DNA of 64,000 nucleotides from Octopus bimaculoides (lineage: Eukaryota), in assembly GCF_001194135.2 (NCBI RefSeq), contig NC_068994.1:57291194-57355193 (forward strand), read 5' to 3'. The number at the start of each line of letters is the position of its first letter. Position 1 is the first letter of the stretch. This document shows, in pieces, positions 63,285 to 64,000 of this stretch. The position numbers and the translations under genes are program-made. The notes under the pieces were generated by a model that did no database searches, was not told where the DNA came from, and saw only the letters and a program-made list of their open reading frames with translations.

Positions 63285-63450
63285 TTCAGATTTTAGTACA
63301 AGGCCAGCAGCTTCGGGAGAAGGTGTAAGTCGATTCCATCGACGCTAGTGCTCAGCTAGTATTTATTTATCGACCCCGAAAGAATGAACAGCAAAGTCGA
63401 GCTGAGCGGGATTTGAAATCAAAACGTAAAAACAAACAAAACGCCGCCTT
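63285..63450 (-). mobile_element. SINE family A, diverged
   Basis: GTACAAGGCCAGCAGCTTCGGG...TTTATCGACCCCGAAAGAATGAACAGCAAAGTCGA...GGATTTGAAATCAAAACGTAAA. Confidence 0.8.
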
Positions 63451-64000
63451 GCAAACGGTTCTTACCATCACTTAATGATATACTGTTTCTTGACAAAAAG
63501 AGGGAAGATGGTAAAAATGACATTCTAAGCTCCAATGGGATTATTTTCAGTTCGTGTCGAATTCTTTCATCTTTGGGAAAAATCAATGAAGTGACAGTCA
63601 AATATTGAAATCGATTACGCATTTATTGACATTTTTCATCTGCTGCATGATTGGCGCATCACACAGGTGAGCCGTTATCGTGTAAGCCCAAAAATAATTA
63701 CAAAAATCATCATCCAACCCTGACAATGACGTCGTTTTAGAAGCAATTTCATTCTACAGTGTGTACGATTCCTTCACAAATATGGAGAACGGAATGTAAT
63801 ATGAGATGTTGCTGTAATTATTATCAAGTACAGTGACAATATTTAGAGACTTACATTGGTTTATAAAGTTACATGACTGGTATGGGAATCGAAACTTCTA
63901 CGTTCGTGTTCTCAAACACACTGCTCTAAACATCTGAACAAACAGCCTTAGACATCATTGCGCATTATTTATAGACCGCTTTCAGCACGCCGAGCAAAAT

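Noticed and set aside
1-64000. CRISPR arrays, rRNA genes or prokaryotic operons
   Set aside because: No regularly spaced identical repeats with unique spacers, no rRNA-like sequence; the content is eukaryotic repeat DNA.

Overview
AT-rich, gap-ridden eukaryotic non-coding DNA. No host protein-coding gene, bona fide tRNA/rRNA gene or CRISPR array can be supported. The repeat landscape (very dense (TA)n/(CA)n/(TACA)n/(GATA)n microsatellites and several tRNA-headed SINE families) resembles a cephalopod genome, most likely Octopus; this assignment is an inference from recalled repeat sequences, not a database result. Contents: about 30 SINE copies or fragments in four families given local labels A-D, a decayed Tc1/mariner transposase (19.3-20.2 kb, minus), several decayed non-LTR retrotransposon pieces (RTE-like at about 34.1-34.8 kb and 49.3-50.8 kb, Tx1/L1-like at about 57.7-58.3 kb), and many N-gaps, nearly all bordered by microsatellites. 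Almost all listed ORFs are microsatellite or N-run artefacts. Observations most worth checking: a minimal type-I hammerhead-ribozyme-like motif with a palindromic stem III (17529-17576); three degenerate ~121-bp tandem units with conserved motifs (12741-13100); two head-to-tail SINE pairs in which each monomer is preceded by the same short direct repeat; a perfect 128-bp palindrome of two SINE heads; a SINE 3' tail shared with a LINE-like 3' end; and a fold-back inverted duplication inside a SINE. SINE and LINE-remnant boundaries are approximate.
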